Assembly (NCBI GenBank): GCA_043228905.1
Contig: JBHGNT010000022.1
Location: forward strand, 11,036,001 to 11,100,000
Source of the DNA: Azolla caroliniana
Taxonomy: Eukaryota > Plantae > Polypodiophyta
Length of the DNA: 64,000 nucleotides
Reading direction: 5' to 3'
Positions 53,171 to 64,000 of this stretch are shown one piece after another (the stretch's first letter is position 1; every line of letters starts with the position of its first letter). Position numbers and translations under genes: made by a program. The notes under the pieces are model-generated. The model saw only the letters and a list, made by a program, of their open reading frames with translations, made no database searches and was not told the DNA's origin.

Positions 53171-54421
53171 AGAAGTGTGCCTACAATCCTAACAACAATA
53201 CTATAAATTCTTTCATTTGCATAGGTTATATTGTGATTTGAACTCGAGCTCTTGGATTTAAAGCCTATAAAACCATGTACAAGTAACTTAAATCTATAGA
53301 ACAATGTCTAAACAACGAGATTGTAAATTCATGTCCTAACCATTGTAACAACATGACTATAAATTCATGTTATATGCATAGGCTCAATTGAATTTCAAAC
53401 TATAAATTCATGTAATATGCATAGGTTCAATTGCAATTCAAACTTGAGCTCTTGCATTCAAAGTCTAATGTTCTAACCATGTCACAAGTATAAGCCAAAA
53501 TCTTGGCGTTCCAATTACCATATGACTATATATTCATATCCTAACCACAATCCTATAAATTCATGTTATATGCATAGGTTCTATTGAAATTCCAACTTGA
53601 GCTCTTGCATTCAAAGTCCAATATCCCAATCAATAGACTATAGAACGATGGTTTTAAGAGCTCCAATATCCCAATATCCCAACCAATAGACCATAGAACC
53701 AATAAACATGGAAAGGTCTATCTAGCGCGATGTTGATTTTGACACTAAAGGACAATGTTGATTTGATCTTCATACAACATCTTATATGCATAGATTTATT
53801 GAGTGCATGGCCCATCCAATTCAATGTATTGGAGATGAAGATGGACCCATATTATATGCATAAGTGTGCTCTTGACTCAATTATAACGAGGTTACATGCA
53901 TAAGGACTATCCAAAGCAAAACTCATCCAATTCAACGACATGGGTAAGTTCTCTCCATATTCAAACCAGAGCTCTTAGATTCAATTTCCAACATCTTTAC
54001 CACCCTAACTTCAAGATTATATATACATGTTGCATGGATCTATTCTATCTGGATTCAAACTCGAGACCATGCATTTAATGTGAAATTCCTTATCCCTTAG
54101 AGAATAGATTGGTTTCACATACATAACTTCTATTGAGATTCAAACTCGAGTTCCTAGATTCCTAAACACTAGACTATGGAAACATTCTACAAACTAACTC
54201 TATTAAACATGTCTTTGATATGAAGACCATATTAGACACATGAATTATGTCAAGATTCTAGCTCAAGTTGTTGGATTACATACACCACTCATACAATTCC
54301 ACGTATTGGAGATCAAGATGTTACATGTATAGGTTCTCTTGGGATGGAATCAAGTTGTTGAATTTAAATTTCCATGTCCTAGCAATTGTAACAACAAGAT
54401 TATACATCAACATATAGGCAT

Positions 54422-54493
54422 AGGTTCTATCAAGATTCAAACTCGAGGTCTTGGATTCAAAGTTCAATGTCGTAACCACTATACTATAGAACC
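54422..54493 (-). pseudogene. tRNA-Gln(UUG) pseudogene, full length (72 nt)
   Basis: GGTTCTATAGTATAGTGGTTACGACATTGAACTTTGAATCCAAGACCTCGAGTTTGAATCTTGATAGAACCT; T-loop TTC changed to TTT. Confidence 0.8.
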
Positions 54494-54499
54494 AAATAA

Positions 54500-55347
54500 A
54501 TTATTAAAAAGACACGTAATTTTAATAAGACGTTTAATTTTAACTTTTAGAAAGGTGTTTTTCGAATCAGAAGGAAGATGCGAGTGATTCGTTGATTACA
54601 CAAATTCTCATGGGGAGCAGCGGTGTGGGGAATATTAAAAAGACACGTAATTTTAATAAGACGTATAATTTTAACTTTTAGAAAGGTGTTTTTCGAATCG
54701 GAAGGAAGATGCGAGTGATTTGTCGATTACACAAATTCTCATGGGGAGCAGCGGTGTGGGGAATATTACACTCCAGCCTGATGTCGTATGAGGCAGATGA
54801 TATACAAGAGGCCATGATGGTATATAACAAAAAATTGATATTAGTTAGTCCGTTTCAGCAACCTCGAATGTAGATGCGATCTGTCCAGATATGGAAAACT
54901 GTGACTACGATAACATTATGGGTATTATGGAAATGTAGATGCAGTCGACTTTACGATGCCGCAAAGCTTGGCATTCCAGAGGTATTGCTTGAGATATGGG
55001 AAACATTGTTGATAGTAGTTCGTGGGCAGTATGATAGCATGTCTGGTTCTCCAGAAAATATTCATAAAAGAAGGATGAAGCTTCTTCACTTATGGAGGAA
55101 GGTGCCTCTCTTTGTAATGACAAACCAAAGACCTCAATGGAATTATCATCTTCCATGGACCCTTTCTTGATATAAAACCAACATGTTAATGTATCGTTTA
55201 AGGCTCAACAACCCTATATAAGTTGTTTTTGTATGTACAAGTTTAGGTGTACATACATTACGTTGTAAGCCTACGGGCATATAACTTTTACTTGTACTTT
55301 CTCGATGTTTTAATAATATTGAAGAAAATCTTTCAAGGAAAAAAAAG
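54500..55347 (+). mobile_element. 3' fragment of an L1-type LINE with an A-rich tail; 5' part tandemly duplicated (about 130 bp x2, 54503-54768)
   Basis: IWKTVTTITLWVLWKCRCSRLYD resembles the plant L1 ORF2 C-terminus; A-rich end near 55338-55347. Confidence 0.6.
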
Positions 55348-55458
55348 ACTTATCTCTTTGGATGGATACTTGTACGACCAAACCTACCAATTGTTGTATA
55401 CCCATCGGAGAAATACAATACATGCTATTGTATAAGATTGTTCTCTTTGTTAGTAGTA

Positions 55459-55531
55459 TGCCAAGAGCTGAACTTGAACTAATGACACAAGGATTTTCAA
55501 TACCCTGCTCTACAAACTGAGCTATCCAAAC
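55459..55531 (-). pseudogene. trnF: Plastid-type tRNA-Phe(GAA) relic (NUPT)
   Basis: 73 nt GTTTGGATAGCTCAGTTTGTAGAGCAGGGTATTGAAAATCCTTGTGTCATTAGTTCAAGTTCAGCTCTTGGCA is colinear with the plastid trnF-GAA consensus as recalled, with many substitutions. Confidence 0.8.
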
Positions 55532-56539
55532 ACTTTGATAAGGTATGTAGATCTTTTTACAATTCATTTTTTTATTCTTTCTTGCTTGAACTAGTAGCAT
55601 TAGATATTTTCTTTGTCAGAGACTTTGTGTGGTTTTATTTTGAATGATGTGCTCTCGACTCAATTATAACCATGTTCCATGCATAGGACTATCTAAATCA
55701 CAACTCATCTAATTCAACGACATGGAGAAGTTCTCTCCATATTCAAACTAGAGCTCTTGGATTCAAATTCCAACATCCTTCTCACCCTAACCTCAAGTTT
55801 GTATATCCATATTGCATGGATCTCTTCGAATTAAATTCAAAATCAAGACCATGCATTTAAAGTGAAATTTCCAGAGTATAGAATGCTCTCAAATGAATAA
55901 CTTCTATCGAGTTTCAAAGCCGAGTCCTTGGATTCAAAATCCAATGTCATAAACAATATACTTTAGTAACATCTTACAAATCCATTCTATTCAGAGCACA
56001 ACTCACCCAATTAAACGTCTTTGATACATATTTTGATATGAAGAGTACATTAAACCATATTACACATAAAAATGATTGAAGGAGGCCAACTCAAGCTCTT
56101 CGAAATTATTTAAGGAGGCCAATTCAAGCTCTTGGATTCCAATGTGATATATAAAACGACTCATTCAATTCCACGAATTGGATATCCAGATGCTACATGG
56201 ATAGGTTCTCTTGGGATTGGAATAGAGTTCTTGAATTCAAATTCCAATGTCCTAGCGATTGTAACTCACAAGACTATACATCCACATGCATACATATGAC
56301 ATGTCTTTGATACCATATTTTGATATGAAGAGTACATTAAACCATATTACACACAATGATCTAATTCTCCAACTCAAGCTCTTAGATTCCAATATGATAT
56401 ATAAAACGACTCATCCACGAATTGGAGATCCAAATGTTACATGAATAATTTCTCTTGGGATTGGAATAGAGTTCTTGATTTCAAATTCCAATGTCCTAGC
56501 AATCATGACTCCCAAGAATATACATCAACATGCATGTGT

Positions 56540-56611
56540 AAGTTCCATCGAAATTTAAACTCGAGCTCTTGGATTCAAAGTCCAATGTCCTAACCATTAG
56601 ACTATAGAACC
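56540..56611 (-). pseudogene. tRNA-Gln(UUG) pseudogene, best-preserved copy (72 nt)
   Basis: GGTTCTATAGTCTAATGGTTAGGACATTGGACTTTGAATCCAAGAGCTCGAGTTTAAATTTCGATGGAACTT; perfect anticodon stem TTGGA/TCCAA around TTG; B box mutated. Confidence 0.85.
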
Positions 56612-57366
56612 AACATACTAAATACTTTTGGATAAATAGGAGTCAAGACTATCCAAAGCACAACTTATCCAATTCAACATGTATAAGTTCCATCCATATT
56701 CAAACTCAAGCTCTTCAATTCCAACGTGATATGTATATAACACCACTCATCCAATTCCACATATTGAACATTGAGATGATACATGTACAAGTTCTCATGG
56801 GATTGATATCGAGTTCTCTGCATACTCAAACTAGAGCTCTTGGATTCAAATTACAACATCCTTACCACCCTAACATTAAAATTATATATTCATGTTGCAT
56901 GCATTTCTTCTACTTAGATTCAAACTAGAGACCATGCATTTAAAGTAAAATTTATTAACCCCCTAGAATATAGAATGATATCACATGCATAACTTCCATT
57001 GAGATTCAAACTTGAGTTCTTGGATTCCAAGTCCAATGTCATAAACAATATACTCTAGAAACATCTTACAAATCCACTCTATTCAGAGCACAAATCACCC
57101 AATTAAACATGTCTTTGATACTATATATTTTGATATGAAGAGAACATTAAACCATATTACACACATAAATGATCTATTGTGTCCAACTCAAGCTCTTGGA
57201 TTCCAATCTGGTATATAAAACAACTCATCCAAGAATTGGGGAACGAGGTGTTACATGAATAATTTCTCTTGGGATTGGAATAGAGTTCTTGAATTCAAAT
57301 TCCAATGTCCTAGCAATTGCTTAACTCACAAGACTATACATCAACATGCATGCATATGTTCTATTG

Positions 57367-59284
57367 TGACAGGAACTACATGCTCCCAATGAACAACGCT
57401 CGGCCACAACCGAGTCTAAAATCAAACACAGAAAACGGATAGTGAATGCATGACACAAAGGAGAGAAGAGTACACAGGATGTTTAACGTGGAAAACCCGG
57501 AGAGGGAAAAACCACAGGAGTTCACAGACTCCAAACTATCACTATATCACAATGATTACAACAGTGAGCTCACGGAGGCAATGACCTCGTGTTCACGATC
57601 TTCGCCACAGGCGGCGGTTACAACAGAGGCAACGACCTCTTCCTCTCTCTCCCTCTCTCTGTACACTGTTACGCGCTCTCTAGTCTTGCGCCAACAAGAA
57701 TGACAACAACAACTTCTAAGTTTAGGGTTACAACAGAGGCAACGACCTCTTCCTCTCTCTCCCTCTCTCTGTACACTGTTACACGCTCTCTAGTCTTGCG
57801 CCAACAAGAATGACAACAACAACTTCTAAGTTTGCCCTAAGTCATATTTATACTAATATGACTTTTCGGCTATTTACAAATATAGCCCCGATGGACTCTC
57901 AAAAAACATATTTATGAATATATCCCTTCATCCGGTGAGCACTTCTCACCGGGCCTTCATCATCCGGCTCTTGCCGGGTACTCCTCATCCGATTCTCACT
58001 GGGTCTTCCGTTGCCGGGTACTTGTCATCCGGCTCTTGCCGGGTACTTCCCATCCGAAGGGACCTGTTTCCTAACAAACTCCCCCTTCACTCCGGCATGG
58101 GATGTCTTACTAGTCCGATCCGCTTCTGGCATGCATCCAACTTGTCGGGTATCAGTACTTTGGTCAGCATGTCTGACCTGTTCTCAGCCGTGTGGATCTT
58201 TGTCAGCGCGAACTCTTGGTCATCTACTCTTTCCCAGATCTAGTGATACCTTCGCTGGATATGCTTTGTCCGGGAATGGTAGGACGCATTCTTAGCAAGG
58301 TGGATGGCACTTTGACTGTTGCAGTAGAGCTGGTATTCATCTTGCCTGATACCGAGCTCTCCGATGAAGTCCTTCATCCATAATATTTCCTTGCCGGCTT
58401 CCATAGCCGCCATGTACTCCGCCTCCGTGGTTGACAACGCAACCGTATTCTGCAGCCTCGACTGCCACGAAATAGCTCCCCCTGCATATGTCATTACATA
58501 CCTGGATGTAGACCGGCTGGTATCCACATCAGCCGACATGTCCGAATCGGTAAAACCGTCTAGTTGAGGTTTTCCGGAGCCGAATCGGAGACACATATTT
58601 GAAGTGCCCTTCAAGTACCGGAGTATCCATTTGACCGCGTTCCAGTGCTCCTTGCCAGGATTGCTCATGAACCGGCTCACCACTCTGATTGCGTATCCTA
58701 TATCTGGTCGGGTACACACCATTGCATACATCAAGCTCCCGATGGCAGAGGCATATGGAACCTTCATCATATCAACCTTCTCTGCTTTCGTCTGCGGGCT
58801 TTGCTTGCCGGAAGTGTCGATCCGACTAGTTTCGCATTTGACATGTTGAACCGTTGAAGCACCTTTGTCACGTATTTCTCTTGTGACAGCCATAGTTGCT
58901 TCGTTGGCCGGTTCCGGATGATATGCATCCCCAACATCTGTCTTGCCGAACCCAAGTCTTTCATCGCGAAGGTTCGGTTGAGAGCCTTCTTCAACATCCG
59001 TATTTTGGCTTGGTCCCGTCCGACGATCAACATGTCGTCCATGTACAGAAGGAGTATCAGAAAGTCGCCTCCTTCGAACTTCTTCACAAACACAGTGATC
59101 GGCCTGCATCTTGTGGTACCCTTGATCGGTCATGAAGGATCGAACTTCCGGTACCATTGTCGGGGAGCTTGCTTTAGTCCGTACAGGCTCTCCTTCAACC
59201 GGCAAACCAGGTGCTCCTTCCCTTTCTCCACGAAACCTTCCGGTTGCAGCATGTAGATCTCCTCTTCGAGGCCACCGTGAAGGA
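57367..59284 (-). mobile_element. Copia (Tork-like) RT-RH with 3' LTR 57367-58076, cut at 59284 by the Gypsy insertion
   Basis: YMDDML, GFTDSDMSAD, KHIQRRYH; PPT GTGAAGGGGGAGTT; LTR with GGGTTTTCCACGT motif and an internal duplication of about 110 bp; RT motif FLHG..EEEIYM interrupted at the junction. Confidence 0.9.
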
Positions 59285-62200
59285 TGTTGTCTGCCTGGCC
59301 GGACTAGCCTCAACACAGGTGTCTATCTGACACTTCTCCAAAGGGGTGGTAAGGATTGGATGCTAGGTTACACGCGTAAGATGATTACAATTAAGCACCG
59401 ACGGTAAACAATACGAAGATACAGATAAACACACAACAATTACTATTGTATTACTTCCGTCAAACCCTTTACAAATCATCGGATCCTTTTATAGGCATCC
59501 GGCAAGGTTACGATCGGTGCGCTTAGGCAACCGACATCCGAATCGGTCCGGATCCAGATCGGTACAACTGTACCGGATCCGTCCCTCCGAATACTAATTC
59601 TACTATTATTTACTTCCTATTATCCGATCTGACTCCGCCTTCCCACTTGTCCTTGCTCTTCTGACCGGCCAACACATGGCACGCCCGTGGGAAAGTGCCT
59701 TGCACTTCGAATCCACTCCCGGCCTCATTCTTCCTCCAAAATATTGAGCACACTCTGCTCGATGGTGTCAAGTGGTGCTTCTTCCTCCAATTCCTGTTCC
59801 TTGCCTGCCTGGTCTCCGACCTCCGGTTGGGTTGGTTGTTCCATAAAAATTTGCTGCTCCGGCTCTGCTTGATTCTGTGGTGCCGGTGCTTCCTCACCGC
59901 TTCGTCCGGGTTCTTCCTGTTCTTCCTCTGTTCCAGGCTCTGTTCTGTTACCAGTGTCGCTTTCTCTGGTCTCGACTGGTCAGCTCGCTACGCCTCCTTC
60001 CTCTGCTCTGGTGTCTTCCGGTCTCAACTCTTCTTCTTCTCCGGCATCGGTCTGCTCCTGCTCTTCTTCTTCTCCTTCGATCGGAAGTTCTTCTTCGGGT
60101 ATTCCTCGTCGGGGTTGTTCGGTGTCGGTTGGTTCAACTTCAGCCGGTCGCTCTCCCTCACTAATAGTGATTGGTGTCGTTCTTCCCTTAGCTTCCTGTC
60201 GTAACCGGTCCTGCTCGTATCTCTCCAACTCCAACTGAGTTGCGAGCTGCCCGTCATCCAACCTCTCTACCAACCCTCGGATTTCTTTGAGATGTTCTTC
60301 CGCTAAAGCGTAGAAATCCTCAGACAATTCTTCCCGAATGGCGACGATACTTTCTTCATCCATCTTGTAGAACTTGTCACCGGTCTTCCTTAGATTCTCG
60401 GCATCCGCTCGGAGTGTCTGCAGCTCGGCTGCCTGTTGTGACCACTCCTTCCATAGCTTTTCCGTACTTTCGTTGATGCTTGCCTGAGCTCGGGTACTCC
60501 ATCCTGACATGATGAGCTTGATCCGGTCAACCCCCGCCTTAGCATGCGCATAAGCTTCTTGCTTTTCCTTCCTTGCCCGTTTTATAATGTCGGCCATTAT
60601 CTGAGCCTGGGCCTCGTAATCCGCTTTCTGCTTTTCATAGGTACTTTGCAGTTTGCTGATCGTGAAGGTCGATTTTTCCTTTTCTTCATTCTTGATCTTG
60701 GTCAGGTCCAGGTTTTCCCGCCTTAGCGCCTCTAATTCCTTCCTTCTCTCCGTCGCTTGGGCTATTTCCGCCGACAATGCTTCCTTGTTGGCACTGACCT
60801 CATCCATTGCCTTAGCCAGGTCTAATCGGGTCTCTTTGAGCTGTTCTTTCAGCTTCTCTATTTGCCGGTCGTAGTCTGCTGCCCGTTTCTTGTTGTCTGA
60901 CTCGGCCTGCTTGTGATCTCGGTAGAGACGGTCGAAGTCCTCCGTCTTCTGCTTCAGGCGTCGGTTTGCCTGAGCTCTTAACCGATCGTCCCGGTCCTTC
61001 TGTTGTCGGAGTTCTTCCTGCAGTCGTTCTATCTCCTGCTCGGCATGTCGACGCAGTCGGTCCTTCTCCTTTTGCAGCTTCTCTTTTTCTTCTTGCAGTC
61101 GGTCATTAGTGGCTCGGCCTTTCCGGAGGCCCTCTTCCATTTTTCGTCGGTCGTCCTCCACCGCTTTCCGCTGCTCCCTTTCTTTTTCCCTTAATGCCTC
61201 CTGAGCTTTTAACTCCTCTCGTAAGGTTTCTATTATTTTTTCGGTCTCAGGGCCGGTTTGCAAGGCTACCGGTTCTGGTTCCGGTTCTAGTTGCTTCCTT
61301 GTTGTCCCGACCGGCTCGGTGACAACTTGTGCTTGTTGAATTCCTTCCCTTGCATTTCCTCGATCTGTGTTCGGAGCGCGACCAACTCCTGAGTTGTTGT
61401 ATGCGTCAGCTGTTGCCTACACGTTTCTTCTTTCTCTAACTGGTCTGCTACTCCCGATAACTGCTCCGAAAGCCATCTCAGCCATTGTGGCTTTGTTCTT
61501 CCTGTGTCGGGGTGGCCTTGCTCACTTAACTCAGGCTGTTTTTCTGGCCTTTTCTCTGGCTCCGGCGCTTGTTCATTCTTCTTCTCTGGGATGACCGGTT
61601 CTCTAAAGTCCGGCGCAACCGGTGTCGGTGCTGCTTCCCTCGGTACGGGTTTCGGTACTGCTTCCGCCTCGGCTACTGGAGGTGGTCCTTGCGCCCTCTG
61701 CTGAGTTTTGTCAACTGGTGGAGCCGGTCCTTTCGCCCGTCTCTCCCGACCCTGTCTTGCTGGGAGTCTTACCAGTGGTTCGGATGAGTCTTCTGTTTCA
61801 GCTTCCTCCTCCGGTGCGGCTACCAGGCGGACCTTTTGTATAAAGACCTCTGGTTCTGGTTCCGACCGTCGCAGCGTTATATTGATTGGTTTGCGTGCTA
61901 CCGGTTCCTCCTCGGCCGATTTCCCTTTGCCTTTTCCTGCCGGTTTTGCCTTTGTTGCCGGTTCCTGTTGCTGTCGGGATGGTCCTTCCCCCCGCTGTTT
62001 TGCTTCTTGCTGGGTCCATCCGGGGGTGTGTTTCTCCAAGATCTGTCGGCGCTTTGTGACCTTTTTCGGCGTCGTCTCCTGCCGACCTCTTTTCTTTTGT
62101 GTGATGGGGAGCACCGGTGGGACTAACACCGTTAGCCATTGTGCTATCCCGGCCCATGGCTTTTTTCCTTCCACAAGATTCTTGATGGGCTCCTTCAATC

Positions 62201-64000
62201 CTTCGGTTATGAAATGGAGCCAGTCTATTTGTAAGCCTTCGTACGCTGCTATTAAGAACGCTGCCCGGTACCTGGCTATGGCCGGGGGGACGAGGATTCA
62301 CGAATCCGTATTCCATCATGGCGCGGGCCACTTCTCCGAACAGCAGGTTCTCTCCGCCCTGTGTTCGGTACGCCTTGCTCCTGATAGAGTACTCACCGAA
62401 ATATTCGAACAGGATTTCACTTGAAGGGTTTTCAATTGTTTGAAGTCCTCCTGCTTTTATCCCCGTGAGTGCCTGCACCGCTCCTTCCGTGATTTCTGAT
62501 AAATCTATCGATGCTGCCGCCTGCTCTGGTTCTGCGTGTGGTGGAGCGTCGGCGATCCGCAACAATCCTTTTAACCCGTTCTCCCTCATCCATTGGCGTG
62601 CCTCCTCCGACAGTACCATTGTTTCGAATTCTTCTTCTGCTGCCTGTTGTTCGGGATCGGGCTGTGTGTGCTCTGTGCGTCGGATCGCTCTTCTGTGCTT
62701 CTGCGCCTGTATGTAGGAAAATTCGTAAAAAGTGAGTCCTTCGCAGGCCTGTGTATTATATAGTGGCTTTTGCCTCGAGCCGCCCATGTTCGTTTCCCGC
62801 GCATGTTCCTCTCCCGCCATAATTAGTATGTCCTTTCTTGTTTGCCGCGTGTGAGTGCCCACGTTCCATGCTTTAAATAGCAAGTATGCGCACATCCTTC
62901 TTTAATGCATGGCGCCTCTTCGTTGCATGGTGGCGCTCCCACCTCTTGTGATCCCCCCATCATTACTATGATTCGCGTCGATTTTGCCCACGTCTTCTTT
63001 TTTTTCTTTTTTTTTTCTTTCTTTGTTTGGACCACGTCATTTGCTGGTCCCCCCCGATTTGTTCGGGTCGGTTCGTGTGGATATCGGATCCTTCTGTCGG
63101 TTTTCCGGGATAGTCTTTGTCAGTATCAGTGTCGGTTCTTCCTCGGTCCGAATATCTTTAGCAGCGTCTGTCGGTGTCGGTTCCTCATCTTGCCGGATTT
63201 CCGGGTTTTGCTTGAACGGGTTGGCTGGCATATTTCCCTTATACGGCTTTAGCCGAAACCCATTTGCCCACTTGCCGATGACATCTCCAGACAACGTGCC
63301 GAGCTGATACGACCCATTGTACTCCTTGGTGATCCAGAACGGTCCGGTCCACCGAAACCACAACTTTCCCGGCATGTTCCCCATCCGTGTCTGGAATAGT
63401 AGCACCGGTTTCCCGACTTCGAACTCCTTTTCGTTGCCACGCCGGTGTCGGTCCACGAAAGCTTTTCTCCTCCTTTGCTCCAGTTCGAGTTGTAGTAAGC
63501 TGGCTATTCGGTTTTCTTCTAATTCCAACAACGTCGCCAGCCGGATTCGTTCGGACTCGTTCTCACTTAAGCGCTCCTTCACCTGAATCCGTAAGCTGGG
63601 GATCTAGAACTCTACCGGCATGACCGCTTCCAAACCGAATGCTAGTCGGAACGGGGTTGTCCGGATGCTGGTTTTGTACGTTGTTCGGTACGCCCATAGC
63701 GCGCTTTGCAATTTCGTATCCCAGTCGGTCCGGTTCTCGTTGACGATTTTTCGTAGGATGTTCTGCAGAGTTTTGTTCGTTGATTCCGCTAGTCCATTGT
63801 CTTGAGGGTAGTAGGGAGTACTCTTTTTATGTACCACCGCGTAAAATGACGTCAGGCTTTCTACTACCTGCCCGAGAAAATGTCCTCCTTGGTCACTTAT
63901 AAGCTCGATCGGGCATCCATACCGGCACCATATGCACTCGTACAGAAACTTTGCCGTGGACGCGGCCGTGTTGTCCCGTAAGGCCTTTGCTTCTACCCAT
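59285..64000 (-). mobile_element. Athila-like Gypsy 3' half: integrase (to 63037), accessory ORF (62820-59725) and 3' LTR 59285-59674
   Basis: YYPQDNGLAE, WAYRTTYKT, RWTGPFWI integrase; LTR TGTTG...CAACA with CTATAAAAGG on the minus strand near 59490. Confidence 0.9.
59725..62820 (-). pseudogene. Accessory 3' ORF of the Gypsy element, about 1000 aa when reconstructed: N-terminal globular domain, Pro/Glu linker, long coiled coil, acidic tail
   Basis: ORF-track pieces 62895-61798, 62198-61287, 61263-59980 and 59897-59610 can be joined by a frameshift in the C6 run near 62285, a frameshift near 61345 and a break near 59980; N-terminus is homologous to 30091-30500. Confidence 0.75.

Larger units (their letters stand above)
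51855..57360 (-). repeat. Array of degenerate tRNA-Gln(UUG)-derived units with higher-order duplication
   Basis: More than 15 partial or full copies of the (+ strand) pattern GAGCTCTTGGATTCAAAGTCCAATGTCCTAACC, all in the same orientation; blocks starting near 53866 and 55649 are homologous. Confidence 0.85.

Noticed and set aside
56540-56611. Functional tRNA-Gln gene
   Set aside because: T-loop/B box is mutated (TTTAAAT), the T stem is weakened and there is no clear downstream T-run terminator; called a pseudogene.
62284-62289. Programmed frameshift at the C6 run in the accessory ORF
   Set aside because: The element has other disabling lesions and homopolymer indels are common; decay or a sequencing error is simpler.
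61708-62424. 238-aa plus-strand ORF and other antisense ORFs over TE coding regions
   Set aside because: Shadows of GC-rich coding sequence on the opposite strand; no independent motifs.

Overview
Eukaryotic nuclear DNA from a land plant, most likely a seed-free plant such as a fern. This is inferred from a self-priming Tcn1-type chromovirus and the general TE landscape. Most of the window is nested LTR retrotransposons: Ty1/Copia (including one intact, very young copy at 45474-50931), a Ty3/Gypsy chromovirus (3672-9264), three copies of an Athila-like non-chromovirus Gypsy, and several solo LTRs. A small gene island at about 34-44 kb holds two convergent intron-containing genes: an ankyrin-repeat/PH-domain protein (+) and a coiled-coil repeat protein (-). 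The most unusual signal is repeated reuse of tRNA sequence. (1) In two diverged Athila-like elements, the position normally taken by the polypurine tract holds a sense copy of the tRNA-Arg(UCU) 3' end, ending in CCA 2 nt before the 3' LTR, with a conserved hairpin inserted in the T-loop. This suggests tRNA-based plus-strand priming or an inverted genome polarity. (2) Several LTR families carry a tRNA-spaced A-box/B-box (Pol III) cassette antisense in U3, and one LTR is a fold-back with two such ends. (3) A roughly 5.5 kb array of decayed tRNA-Gln(UUG) copies contains a plastid-type trnF relic. All assignments come from reading the sequence by eye; no database searches were run.
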